64,000 bases of DNA from an uncultured delta proteobacterium (GCA_963745835.1 CAVUZH010000003.1:640001-704000); one strand, 5' to 3'; numbered from the stretch's first letter, positions 1 through 9,289 are shown. A program made the numbers and translations. The notes: generated from the letters alone by a model not told the origin.

Positions 1-212
1 TCGATTTGTCTTTTACGGTCCTCATATTCTTCGCGGCCTATGCGACCAGCTCGAAAATCGTCTTCGATCTTATCCATTTGCCGTTTGTTATTGTATTCGT
101 AGCCTCCGCCGGCGCCCAGAGCACCGACCGCTGTTCCTCCCCAGAATTGCGGACTACACCCTACCTGGGCTAGTGCGGCGGTAAACAACAATGCGTAAAT
201 AGCATTTTTCAT
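1..212 (-). CDS. small lipoprotein with Gly-rich segment and SHOCT-like C-terminus (3' end runs off window)
   Basis: Not in ORF track. Manual translation from ATG at 212 gives MKNAIYALLFTAALAQVG-C-SPQFWGGTAVGALGAGGGYEY...GRIGREEYEDRKRQI: lipobox VGC, upstream RBS AGGAAAGGAG. Confidence 0.75.
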   Translation of the reverse strand, partial: MKNAIYALLFTAALAQVGCSPQFWGGTAVGALGAGGGYEYNNKRQMDKIEDDFRAGRIGREEYEDRKRQI

Positions 213-249
213 ATTGGTCTCCTTTCCTGTTTCTTGCTGTTCGTCAAAA

Positions 250-265
250 GGCAATTCTTATGCCG
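250..265 (-). promoter_or_regulatory. putative sigma54 (-24/-12) promoter
   Basis: Minus strand CGGCATaagaaTTGC with exact GG-N10-GC spacing, ~40 bp upstream of the lipoprotein ATG. Confidence 0.55.
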
Positions 266-440
266 CATTGGCTTTTTAAAAACTTTTTGGCTTAGCGCGT
301 TGCACATGTCGCATTTCTGTTGCACTGTTTGAACCCGTTCTCAGCGTTAGGACAGAGCTCACAATGACTTCACCTGCGACTTCCGCTACGGTGTAGGTGA
401 GAGCATGCAATCAGTATTGACTAGGAAGAGAAGGGATACC

Positions 441-974
441 ATGACATTAGCTGCTGAACTTGCCGCACGTAGAAGCGACCGTTTCCTTGCCCTTATTTTG
501 GACAATGAAGTCACGGTGGGAGAATTTGTCACGCAACCGCCGCTTCATTGGACTCGCTGTATTCAGCGCAATGACGTATTTCAAGTCGCAGAAGGTTATC
601 CAACTCTACTGACTGAGGCACAAGCCACTTTGGAAATGAGAAACTGGGATGATGTCTCATTAAAAGCTATCATCGCTGCATTGCCGGCGCTTGGTGAATC
701 CGTCGATTACATCATCTTCGGCAATAATGCAGGACAGGGCCTACCGCTGGCGCAGAGCTTATCCAGTAATCTGATGGCCGATCGTGCCGCGGTAATTTAC
801 GCCGAAAGCCTGCCGCAGATGAGCAGGTACCAACAGATTGGCTTTCGCAATTTTTTTCGTAGAAGCGAGGCTGCCACGCGGCTTGTCGATCTGGCAACGA
901 AATCTCAGCGTCCTTTAGAGCTCTTGTTCATCAACACTATTCAACATGATGAGACGAACTACCATGATCCGTAA
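441..974 (+). CDS. hypothetical protein
   Basis: Single long ORF (405..974). ATG441 follows a purine-rich RBS. No family recognised. Confidence 0.6.
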   Translation: MTLAAELAARRSDRFLALILDNEVTVGEFVTQPPLHWTRCIQRNDVFQVAEGYPTLLTEAQATLEMRNWDDVSLKAIIAALPALGESVDYIIFGNNAGQGLPLAQSLSSNLMADRAAVIYAESLPQMSRYQQIGFRNFFRRSEAATRLVDLATKSQRPLELLFINTIQHDETNYHDP

Positions 975-1144
975 TGCCGATCTGCAGCATTGGATCTTAG
1001 CGCGTGTGATTGAACAGCGCTGAACGCGAACAGCGGCCTCTGTACGTTCCAATCCCACTGATGCTTGTTCGCTAACGACTGGCAGTTTTTTGAGTTCGTC
1101 AGGAAAACTGTTACGTTGGTAAATTACGCTGACGTCGACAACGG

Positions 1145-3055
1145 ATGCCTTTATTACGCCTAGATAATATTTCGCTATCTTACGGCTATTTGCCATTGCT
1201 CGCTCATGTTCAGTTTCAGATCGATGGCGGCGAGCGGGTCTGTCTTGTCGGTCGAAACGGAACTGGAAAGACGACGTTATTGCGTGTCATCACGGGCGAC
1301 GCTGTTCCGGAAGCAGGCGAGGTTTGGATTCAGGAGGGTTTGCGGGTTGCGCATTTAGAGCAAGAAGTGCCGCCGGACAAGGAGCAAACGATCTTCGAGG
1401 CGGTTGCTTCCGGTTTGGGTGAACTGGGAAAGCTCTTATTCGAATATCATCAGGCGACGCAAAAGGCTGCTGCGAGGGAACGCCCCTCGCTCGATGAATT
1501 AGCAAAACTGGACTCGCGTATCGAATTGGCGGGCGGCTGGAACCTGAACCGGAAGGTTGAAACGGTACTGACCCGGCTGTCACTTCCTCCTGACAAGCCG
1601 ATGAAGGCTTGTTCCGGCGGTGTCCGTCGTCAGGTAATGCTGGCCAAGGCCCTAGTTGGCGAGCCCGATCTCCTGTTGCTGGATGAACCTACTAACCACC
1701 TTGATATCAGCACGATTATTTGGCTCGAGAAGTTTCTCCTAGGTTTTCGCGGCGCATTGATGTTTATCACTCACGATCGAAGCTTTCTGCGCCACTTGGC
1801 TACGCGCATCGTCGAGCTTGATCGCGGTTTGTTGAATTCGTATCCCGGCGATTTCGACGCCTACCTGCGGAAAAAAGACGAGCTTCTGGCGGTCGAAGAA
1901 CGCGCCGCCGCGAAGTTTGACAAGAAACTGGCCGAGGAAGAAGCCTGGATCAGGCGCGGTGTCAAAGCACGGCGGACGCGCAATGAGGGACGCGTGCAGG
2001 CTCTTCAGGAGTTGCGCCGGGAGCGTAGCCAGCGTTTGGACGCCCTGGGTAAAGCCAGTTTTGGTATTGATGCCGGCACTTTGTCAGGAAAGCTGGTGGT
2101 CGATATGCGTCGTGTAAGTTTCGGCTATGGCAATGATCTGGTTGTTCGGAAGTTGTCGACGCGCATATTACGCGGTGATCGAATCGGCATTATCGGCCCA
2201 AACGGTTCCGGCAAGACTACGCTGCTCAAGCTGATGTTGGGTGAGATAACGCCAACCAGCGGAGAAGTCGTCTTGGGCACGCGCCTCCAGTTGGCCTACT
2301 TTGATCAGCATCGGCGTATTCTGGATCCCGAGAAGACGGTGCGCGAAAATCTCAGCGACTCCGATTACGTTTCAGTTCAAGGCGGTTCGCGTCATGTAAT
2401 CGGATATTTGAAAGATTTTCTGTTCCCGCCGCAACGGATCGACTCGCCGGTAAAGGCTTTGTCTGGCGGCGAACGCAATCGATTACTGCTGGCCAAAATT
2501 TTCACCCAACCCGCCAACCTGATAGTGCTCGATGAGCCCACCAATGATCTCGATGTCGATACACTAGAGCTGCTGGAAGATCTGCTAGCCGACTTCCAAG
2601 GAACACTGTTGCTTGTAAGCCATGATCGCACGTTTCTAGATAATATCGTTACCAGCACATTGGTCTATGAAGGCGCTGGAAGGTTTGTCGAATATGCCGG
2701 CGGCTACTCGGACTGGGTACGTTGCCAGGAACTGAGCCGAGCAAGCCCTGCTAAGACGCAGCGCCGAAGTCCTGTGGCCGCAATCGCCGCCCAGCCTGAT
2801 CGGCCCGGCAGAAATAATGGTAAGTTGTCGTACAAGGAGAGGCGCGAGCTTGAATCGCTACCGGCTAGAATTGAAGCACTGGAGGCAGAGCAGTCAGAAC
2901 TACAACTTAAGATGGCACAGACTGATTTCTACCGGCAACCCGGCACGACAATTACCTCGGCTCTCGAGCGACTCGAGGCGCTCGGAAATCAATTGGAAGA
3001 ATGCTACGCGCGGTGGCAATCGTTAGAATCCCAGCTGAGTGCCCGCGGCGATTGA
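1145..3055 (+). CDS. uup: ABC-F family ATPase Uup
   Basis: Two ABC domains (GRNGTGKT, GPNGSGKT; LSGGE; DEPTN), linker EEAWIRRGVKARRTRNEGRV, C-terminal KLSYKERRELE coiled coil. Confidence 0.93.
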   Translation: MPLLRLDNISLSYGYLPLLAHVQFQIDGGERVCLVGRNGTGKTTLLRVITGDAVPEAGEVWIQEGLRVAHLEQEVPPDKEQTIFEAVASGLGELGKLLFEYHQATQKAAARERPSLDELAKLDSRIELAGGWNLNRKVETVLTRLSLPPDKPMKACSGGVRRQVMLAKALVGEPDLLLLDEPTNHLDISTIIWLEKFLLGFRGALMFITHDRSFLRHLATRIVELDRGLLNSYPGDFDAYLRKKDELLAVEERAAAKFDKKLAEEEAWIRRGVKARRTRNEGRVQALQELRRERSQRLDALGKASFGIDAGTLSGKLVVDMRRVSFGYGNDLVVRKLSTRILRGDRIGIIGPNGSGKTTLLKLMLGEITPTSGEVVLGTRLQLAYFDQHRRILDPEKTVRENLSDSDYVSVQGGSRHVIGYLKDFLFPPQRIDSPVKALSGGERNRLLLAKIFTQPANLIVLDEPTNDLDVDTLELLEDLLADFQGTLLLVSHDRTFLDNIVTSTLVYEGAGRFVEYAGGYSDWVRCQELSRASPAKTQRRSPVAAIAAQPDRPGRNNGKLSYKERRELESLPARIEALEAEQSELQLKMAQTDFYRQPGTTITSALERLEALGNQLEECYARWQSLESQLSARGD

Positions 3056-3084
3056 ACTGTCCGCATCCTTTCACTTTTTCTCTA

Positions 3085-3112
3085 TTAAAGATATTGCCTT
3101 AAAGATATTGCC
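3085..3112. repeat. 14-bp tandem duplication TTAAAGATATTGCC x2
   Basis: Units at 3085-3098 and 3099-3112. The duplication covers the stop codon of the 3099 gene. Confidence 0.9.
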
Positions 3113-3815
3113 GCCCCTGAATAGGATCAGGCACTCTCAACCCTAGTTTTTCAATGAGCGGGTCAACCTCGCGCATGAATTCCTGCCGCGCTTGGGCGTT
3201 GGTTCTACGTTTTAACCCCCAATAAATGTATCGCCTGTCGCGGGTCGAGTCCGATCGGCCGAACATATCCAGGGCTTTGACATACCACCTATCTAGCGCC
3301 GCTTGCACTTTCTCTCTCGATTCTTCTCCTTTACCGGCGAGCTCGGCTGTTTTGCTTTCGCCGTAACCCACGTGGCCAATCTCTTCTTTGATGATGGTCG
3401 GCAGAATCTCAGTTAGCGGCTGATAGCTGCAACCAAAGAACTCTTCGAGTTGGTAACGTCCCACACGATCGATTAGGAATCCGAAGACTGCGAAATCCTC
3501 CCAGGTGTTGATGGTTCCCCGGAATGCCTCCAGGTAACGCTCCTGGTTGGGCCAGCTTAATACGAACGACACATCGACGCCGAAATCTCCAGCTACGCGC
3601 GCGATCTTGCGGTAATGGTCAAGCTCTTCAGATGCGGTGCGCGCAACAAGTAATTGGTCGGTCTTCGTCGGAGCGGACGGCAAAATATCCTTTGCATAAA
3701 GATGCGGCCCGCCAATTTCGCAATCCGCTTGGATTGTCACGACTCGGGTTAGAAGATCGCGATACTCAGGGTCCAGTTGTTCAAGATCTTTAAGCTCAAC
3801 TTTTTCACGAAACAT
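3099..3815 (-). CDS. ferritin-like di-iron protein, PaaA/PaaC (phenylacetyl-CoA epoxidase-like) family
   Basis: ADCE, EELDH and EEIGH carboxylate/His motifs; W..KALDMFG and WGLKRRTN segments typical of PaaA. ATG3815 has RBS AGGGAGGA. Confidence 0.75.
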   Translation of the reverse strand: MFREKVELKDLEQLDPEYRDLLTRVVTIQADCEIGGPHLYAKDILPSAPTKTDQLLVARTASEELDHYRKIARVAGDFGVDVSFVLSWPNQERYLEAFRGTINTWEDFAVFGFLIDRVGRYQLEEFFGCSYQPLTEILPTIIKEEIGHVGYGESKTAELAGKGEESREKVQAALDRWYVKALDMFGRSDSTRDRRYIYWGLKRRTNAQARQEFMREVDPLIEKLGLRVPDPIQGRQYL

Positions 3816-4054
3816 TCGTCCTCCCTTTTTCCTCTCCATTGCTTCCGAGGTATTCAGAATTCGGGTATGAGGTCACAAGCGTTCGTTTGAATTAGTACCA
3901 GACAGCATTTGCGCTGGTTTAAATCGCGGTGATGTGCCTGTTCTATCGGTATCGCGAATTGGAAAAACGCAGCTTCTATGCCACGCGGTAGCGCCTGTCA
4001 AGTTTATCTGCAGCACCACGTCAATCGATGATATAGAGAGCGTTCGCATTCAAC

Positions 4055-4088
4055 CAAGGCTTAGCTATGAACAAGGCTTAGCTATGAA
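4055..4088. repeat. 17-bp tandem duplication CAAGGCTTAGCTATGAA x2
   Basis: Exact units at 4055-4071 and 4072-4088. Confidence 0.9.
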
Positions 4089-4363
4089 GAAGGGACGGCG
4101 GGTTCCGGGATGATTCGAACCGGATCTCACATCTGGAACAGGTGGTTGCACTTAAGCATGGTTGTTAATGGAGTTACGGAGGATCGAGTTGGAAGACACC
4201 ATAATAAACTGCTCGCGTAGATAAATTATCCATTAAAAGGACGTGCTAAATGTTTGTTCTTACGAACGTTATAAGCTTCAATTTGGCTGCCAAATTCCTG
4301 TGGAGTGCAATCTATATGGTTGATGATTTCATTGGGATCCGACGCTAATTCGAAGACAAATAT

Positions 4364-4455
4364 TGTCTCGCAACTGATACAGCGCAAGGGCATTTGTCCG
4401 AACATAGAGACGGTAAATCATACGTACGGAACAATTTTGCTGGTACAAAATTTGC
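4364..4455 (+). promoter_or_regulatory. putative sigma54 promoter with two upstream activator-like sites
   Basis: TGGTAC-AAAAT-TTGC at 4441-4455 (GG-N10-GC). Imperfect palindromes TGTCTC-N6-GATACA (4364-4381) and TGTCCG-N6-GAGACG (4395-4412), 31 bp apart. Confidence 0.6.
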
Positions 4456-4557
4456 GCCACTTTCGGGAGCAACTCGCCATCCTCCAGTGACTACGATAGT
4501 AGGGCCTGATCATGTGAGAATTTAGATAGATTAAAAAATAAAGAGGGAGGTGAAATT

Positions 4558-5034
4558 ATGTTCGTTGAAACCTACAGGCAGGAAAACAGCGGATCCATAA
4601 TGGCAGGAGGGGACGCGAGACCGATACCCTATCCGAAGATCTCTCAGGAGGATTGGCGCGTCTGGACTCTATTTCTTCCAGTCCGATCAGCCAACATCAA
4701 TCGAATTTCCGCTCGGGCCATCAAGGAAGAGTCCCTGCATTTTTCTTACGGAATTCCGTACGCTCTCACAGAAGAGGTGCAGAAAGCTACGGAGTTATTC
4801 GACAAGGTCGAGGTATGGCGCAAACGCGATGTCAGTAAGGATCCGATCGCGGTTGGCGTGCTTGATGGCGAGCGCTATCTGATTGCCCGATGGGGAATGG
4901 AAAAGTTATTGCCGTTTGAGACTATCAAGAAAGCCGTCCCGCTTATCCTGGCTTGGAAGTACGCGACCGGGCCTGCGGGTGCCATGGCCGGTTTAGTCGG
5001 CATGGGTTTTCTCGCGTGGGGAATGCTTTTCTAG
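4558..5034 (+). CDS. hypothetical protein with C-terminal membrane anchor
   Basis: Strong RBS GGGAGGTG; soluble domain containing DPIAVG..YLIARWG; hydrophobic C-terminus. Confidence 0.8.
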   Translation: MFVETYRQENSGSIMAGGDARPIPYPKISQEDWRVWTLFLPVRSANINRISARAIKEESLHFSYGIPYALTEEVQKATELFDKVEVWRKRDVSKDPIAVGVLDGERYLIARWGMEKLLPFETIKKAVPLILAWKYATGPAGAMAGLVGMGFLAWGMLF

Positions 5035-5059
5035 TCTTCGATTGACTAGTTTGAACGAT

Positions 5060-5104
5060 GAAAGCGGTTAGAGTGATTTTCCCTGGATCTCTCTAACCGC
5101 TTTC
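5060..5104 (+). terminator. hairpin / probable intrinsic terminator
   Basis: 14-bp perfect stem GAAAGCGGTTAGAG / CTCTAACCGCTTTC just after the 5034 stop. Confidence 0.6.
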
Positions 5105-5349
5105 GATAAGTTATAATCCTTTACTACTTAAGTAAGAGGCCCGGATCGTCACGTCAGCTGTGCGGACGGATGCTCTCTCATCCTCGTTGCGGTTTGTATG
5201 CCCACCAATAATCGCCACCCTTTTATTTATTCACAGCGGCCGGTCTAAATCTACGATCCTGTTTAGCAGACAATCTGACTATTGATGGGCCAGAGAATAT
5301 GCTACTTTCGGCAAGATTTTCCCTGTAATCCTAGGAGGACATCTTGCAG

Positions 5350-6267
5350 ATGCGCATTGCAGCAGTCGACCTGATTAGCAACACATGTTTCCCGGCGTTG
5401 GCTGCAGATGAGCTAGGTTTCTTCAAGGCGGAGGGTCTGGATGCGCGAATCGAGTTGGTCGCATCGTTAGGCGCCACAAAAGCGTTACACGACGGTAGTG
5501 CCGATGCAATGATCGCGGGCTCGGTGCATGACGTGTTAACGGAGTTTCCTCAATGGAAAGGAGTCAAGATAGTCGTGGCTCTTTCGAAAGGGACTCCTTG
5601 GCTGCTCGTCGTACGTGCTGACCTTACCGCCAAACGTGGCGACCTCAGCGCAATCAAGGGACTTCGTCTTACGGCTGCCGAAGGCCCCGACCTTGCGCTT
5701 CGGCAAATGCTGATCGGCGCGAAGATTGATCCTGATCGAGATTTACAAATCATCGAATTGCCCGGCGCCAAAGCGCGTGACGTCTCGTTCGGGGTGTTTG
5801 CCGCCCGGGCATTGGAGGCAGGACAAATTGATGGTTTCTGGGCCAATGCGATGGGTGCTGAGACTGCGGTTAGCCGTGGAGTCGGCAAAGTTCTCGTCGA
5901 TGTGCGCCGGGGTGACGACCCAGGAGAAGTCCGGCGCTTCACTTTCGCGGGAATGGTGACGAGCGATATTTTCAGCGAAAGTAACCCAGCCGCCGTGTCT
6001 GCCGCTGTGCGTGCCATAGTGAAAACGCAAAAAGCTTTGAAAGCAGATCCCAGGCTTGCCGCGGAAGTTGGGCGGCGTAAGTTTCCCAAGGAAGCCGCAG
6101 ACTTGATAAGCACAGTTGTTAAACGAGATCTGGTATTTTATGACCCGGTCATCTTGCAAGAAGAGGTTGAAGCCATGAACCGATTTGCCCAAGCGGTGGG
6201 GCACTTATCCGGCGCTGTACCCTATGATGAGGTCGTTGCCACGCGTTTTCGCGACTCGTGGCAGTAG
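5350..6267 (+). CDS. NMT1/THI5/SsuA-like substrate-binding fold protein without signal peptide
   Basis: A.ELGFFKAEGLD, LEAGQIDG motifs; RBS AGGAGG; no N-terminal hydrophobic segment. Confidence 0.8.
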   Translation: MRIAAVDLISNTCFPALAADELGFFKAEGLDARIELVASLGATKALHDGSADAMIAGSVHDVLTEFPQWKGVKIVVALSKGTPWLLVVRADLTAKRGDLSAIKGLRLTAAEGPDLALRQMLIGAKIDPDRDLQIIELPGAKARDVSFGVFAARALEAGQIDGFWANAMGAETAVSRGVGKVLVDVRRGDDPGEVRRFTFAGMVTSDIFSESNPAAVSAAVRAIVKTQKALKADPRLAAEVGRRKFPKEAADLISTVVKRDLVFYDPVILQEEVEAMNRFAQAVGHLSGAVPYDEVVATRFRDSWQ

Positions 6268-6461
6268 GTGATCCGGGATAGAAAAACAGCAGCTCTCTGT
6301 GAACCAGAAAGCAGGCCACCCCCCCTCAACAATCTTGGTCCGTCATGGCCAGTGGAGACCAACGCCTATCTCGCTGAAAAAATCGATTGCGCACAATACC
6401 GTACTGCGGTAATTCTCGACCCGATTCCGGTTGTATCCGATGCGATGCGAGGAACCGAACC

Positions 6462-7250
6462 ATGGGAAACCGAACCTACAGCAGATTTCCGGTTAAGCGA
6501 TCCTTGCTAATTTTTGCCGCCGCCATTTGTATCTGGCCCGTCATGGCATTGGCCGAGACCGACAAAGTTCCAAATGAACTTGTCAATCAGGCGGCGAATG
6601 CCGGGAAAGTACTTGTGCTCGTTGGCCTGAACGTTCCCTGGACTCTAGAAGGGACGCTAACGGAGAATGAGATCGTCACCCAGCGTCAGGCCATTGGGTT
6701 GGCGCAGAACGATCTGCTTACCCAGTTAGCCGGCACAGAGTTCAGGATCGTTCGCGTTTATGACTCGATTCCCGGGATCGCCTTGGAGGTGGGGAACGAT
6801 GCATTGGCGGTGCTCAGGAAATCCAACAGCGTCAGCAATGTCTTGCCGGATCGCCCGATCAACCCCGCGGCGTCCCCGGGTGAAATCGAGGGGGCCTCGA
6901 CGAAGACACCGGTTAGAGACCCGCCGCTGAATCCTGGAGTGGTTCCAACCGACCTTTTTATCGAGGCAGCGAACTCAGGCGCAGTCCTTGTGCTAGTCGG
7001 TTTGAAAACACCATGGAGCCCGGAAGGGCCTCTCAGCAAAGAAATGGTGGCCGCGCAAAGAGGGGCGATTGCCGCGGCGCAAAATTATCTATTAACGGAA
7101 CTGGGTGATACAGAATATAGAATCACCCGCCGTTACCGAGCTATTCCCGGCATCGCCTTGGAAGTAGGGCTGGACGCGTTGAAAGTTCTGGCCCGCTCAG
7201 TAGCCGTCACTAACGTATTGCGCGATCGACCAGCGATCTCCGCGAGGTAG
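6462..7250 (+). CDS. secreted protein with two tandem subtilase-propeptide (inhibitor I9-like) domains
   Basis: Signal peptide LLIFAAAICIWPVMALA; two 97-aa repeats (6567-6857, 6942-7232) each with VLVLVGL...Y..IPGIALEV..DAL.VL.....V..V..DRP. Confidence 0.65.
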   Translation: MGNRTYSRFPVKRSLLIFAAAICIWPVMALAETDKVPNELVNQAANAGKVLVLVGLNVPWTLEGTLTENEIVTQRQAIGLAQNDLLTQLAGTEFRIVRVYDSIPGIALEVGNDALAVLRKSNSVSNVLPDRPINPAASPGEIEGASTKTPVRDPPLNPGVVPTDLFIEAANSGAVLVLVGLKTPWSPEGPLSKEMVAAQRGAIAAAQNYLLTELGDTEYRITRRYRAIPGIALEVGLDALKVLARSVAVTNVLRDRPAISAR

Positions 7251-7531
7251 GAGTCTTCTTCCGGGCGTTACTTTTTCACTTTCTTGCAGGCAAGTTCCTT
7301 CACGCGATCGCAGAGTCCCTTCTGCTGTATCAGGTCGCCACACCCAACAATCTGCACGAAAACACGGCGGCAGCTCTATCAGGAGATTTTGAAAAGTCAG
7401 TAAAAAGCGGCTATGACTGAGACAGTTCGCCCGTTCAATTTCCATATTCGCATAGATGCGTTAGCGGAGGCATATGTTCTTGGACAACTCGAAGTGCTCT
7501 TCGAAAACTTCCTGGCACAGTAGAGGGAATT

Positions 7532-7837
7532 ATGCTCGTAGTATCGAATAGAATTCAGGTCTCCCGGGGTTTCGAAAAAGAATTTGAGGAACGATTCGCC
7601 GGTAGAGCAGGACTAGTGGACAAAATGCCTGGGTTCATTCGGCTTGAGATTTTGCGGCCGATCAAGAGCGACTACTACATCGTGCTCACCCACTGGCAAG
7701 ACGAGGCATCCTTTCGACGGTGGACCGACAGCAAAGAGTTTCAGGAAGCGCACAGGAACCGGCCGCGCGCCGAGATATTTGCCGGCCCTAATGTTTTCGA
7801 AATGCACGAAGTCATCCAGCAGTCGGAGAAGAGCTAA
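7532..7837 (+). CDS. antibiotic biosynthesis monooxygenase (ABM)/IsdG-HmoA-like heme-degrading monooxygenase
   Basis: N-terminal Asn (VSNRI), FEERF..R, PGF, W....F..W..S..F..AH pattern of the IsdG/HmoA family. Confidence 0.8.
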   Translation: MLVVSNRIQVSRGFEKEFEERFAGRAGLVDKMPGFIRLEILRPIKSDYYIVLTHWQDEASFRRWTDSKEFQEAHRNRPRAEIFAGPNVFEMHEVIQQSEKS

Positions 7838-7860
7838 ATCAGACGTCTACAACTGGAAGA

Positions 7861-8094
7861 ATGTCATCCTGCTCCCACACCACGCTCGAGTTACTGCCTG
7901 AGGCTGCAAGTCGACTGCGTTGCCGCCACTGTCATTTGACCCTTCCTCGCGACGATTTGAAAGATGGTTTCTGTCCGGAATGTTTCGATAATTCGGGATT
8001 AAAGCGATACGAGTTCGAGGAATTGGTCGAGGAAAAGAGCGGCGTTGCCCGGTACCGCTGCGAGAAGTGCGGAGTCATCATCAACAGCCGCTAA
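7861..8094 (+). CDS. small multi-CxxC zinc-ribbon protein
   Basis: 77 aa with CxH, CRHCH, CPEC and CEKC; no signal peptide; 23 bp after the ABM gene. Confidence 0.7.
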   Translation: MSSCSHTTLELLPEAASRLRCRHCHLTLPRDDLKDGFCPECFDNSGLKRYEFEELVEEKSGVARYRCEKCGVIINSR

Positions 8095-8158
8095 GAAATA
8101 GCGCTCCCTTGATCCGAATTTGCCGTTGGTTGCCGATCTTACCATTCGCCCAGCCAGC

Positions 8159-8188
8159 TTGACACTTCTTTCCGCCAGTTGATAAGGT
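8159..8188 (+). promoter_or_regulatory. putative sigma70 promoter
   Basis: TTGACA (8159-8164), 18-bp spacer, TG-A-TAAGGT extended -10 (8180-8188). Confidence 0.45.
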
Positions 8189-8285
8189 CCGCGTCAGCGT
8201 GGTTCGTCAGATCGGCATAAGTATATCTACTAACCAGGTAACCAGGGTTCGATTACCCTTCTACCAGCGTCCAAGGAAGAGACAG

Positions 8286-9272
8286 ATGATTAAAATAATG
8301 TATGCATTGGTTTGTACCGTGGTCGTTTGTATTGCCTCGGTTAACGCGGCATCAGCGAGAGATAATCTGCCCATCGGCTATACCGCGATCACCGGCATCA
8401 AAGCGGGGTTGTGGGTGGCCGAAGAGGCGGGAATTTTCGAAAAATACAATATCCAGCCGCATCTTATTTTGATCACCTCGGGATCAAAGATGGTCCAGGC
8501 AATGCTGGGGGGTGATTTACCCCTGGCAGGAGCCGCCGGCAATGCTGCCGTGGATGCTGCTCTGGCGGGCGCGGATATTGTAATGATCGGTGCTCTAGCC
8601 AAAGTGCCCGCTTTTTATATTATGGCGCTGCCGGAGATCAAATCGATTGAGGACCTGCGCGGCAAGCCCGTTGCCGTTACCCGGTTCGGGTCTTCAACCG
8701 ATTTCACAATGCGCTATCTGTTGCGTAAACACGGCATGAATCCTGACCGTGACGTTACCATGGTCCAGACCGGCGATATCTTCGCCGCCGCCGCGATGAT
8801 GAAGACCAAGGCCATTGTCGCCGCCCCATTTTCCAGCCCGGCGAACTTAAGAGCACAGGAGGCGGGTGCTCGTGTGTTGATGAATATGGGTAAAGCGGGA
8901 ATCTACTTTCCGCATGACGCCTGGATGGCCAGCCGGTCCTATATCAATGCGAACGAAGATCTCATTCGTCGATTCATGAAGGGCTATTCCGAAGGAGTCG
9001 CCAAACTTTTCAGCGACCCGGATCTCAGTCGCAGAGCAATCAGGAGATTTACGCGGGCGACGGATCCAAAAATCGTCGATGCTGTTTATCAGTATGCCGT
9101 GGATTATGTCGAGAAGATTCCCTACAACACCCGCGAGGGTATCCAGGAGGTATTGAATCAAGCGGCGGCTAGAAACCCTAAAGCCAAAGACGCGAAGCCC
9201 GAAGCTTTTTACGATGATCGCTTTGTCAAGGAGTTAGATAGCCAGGGATTTTATAAACAGTTATGGAAGTAA
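8286..9272 (+). CDS. ABC substrate-binding protein, NMT1/SsuA family
   Basis: Signal peptide; WVAEEAGIFEKYNI, DLRGK.VAVTRFGSSTDF, C-terminal DDRFVKELDSQGF. Confidence 0.85.
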   Translation: MIKIMYALVCTVVVCIASVNAASARDNLPIGYTAITGIKAGLWVAEEAGIFEKYNIQPHLILITSGSKMVQAMLGGDLPLAGAAGNAAVDAALAGADIVMIGALAKVPAFYIMALPEIKSIEDLRGKPVAVTRFGSSTDFTMRYLLRKHGMNPDRDVTMVQTGDIFAAAAMMKTKAIVAAPFSSPANLRAQEAGARVLMNMGKAGIYFPHDAWMASRSYINANEDLIRRFMKGYSEGVAKLFSDPDLSRRAIRRFTRATDPKIVDAVYQYAVDYVEKIPYNTREGIQEVLNQAAARNPKAKDAKPEAFYDDRFVKELDSQGFYKQLWK

Positions 9273-9289
9273 AGCTCGACGGAGGGTCT

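Noticed and set aside
7921-7935. CRHCH as a c-type heme attachment site
   Set aside because: No signal peptide, and the other CxxC pairs indicate a cytoplasmic metal ribbon.
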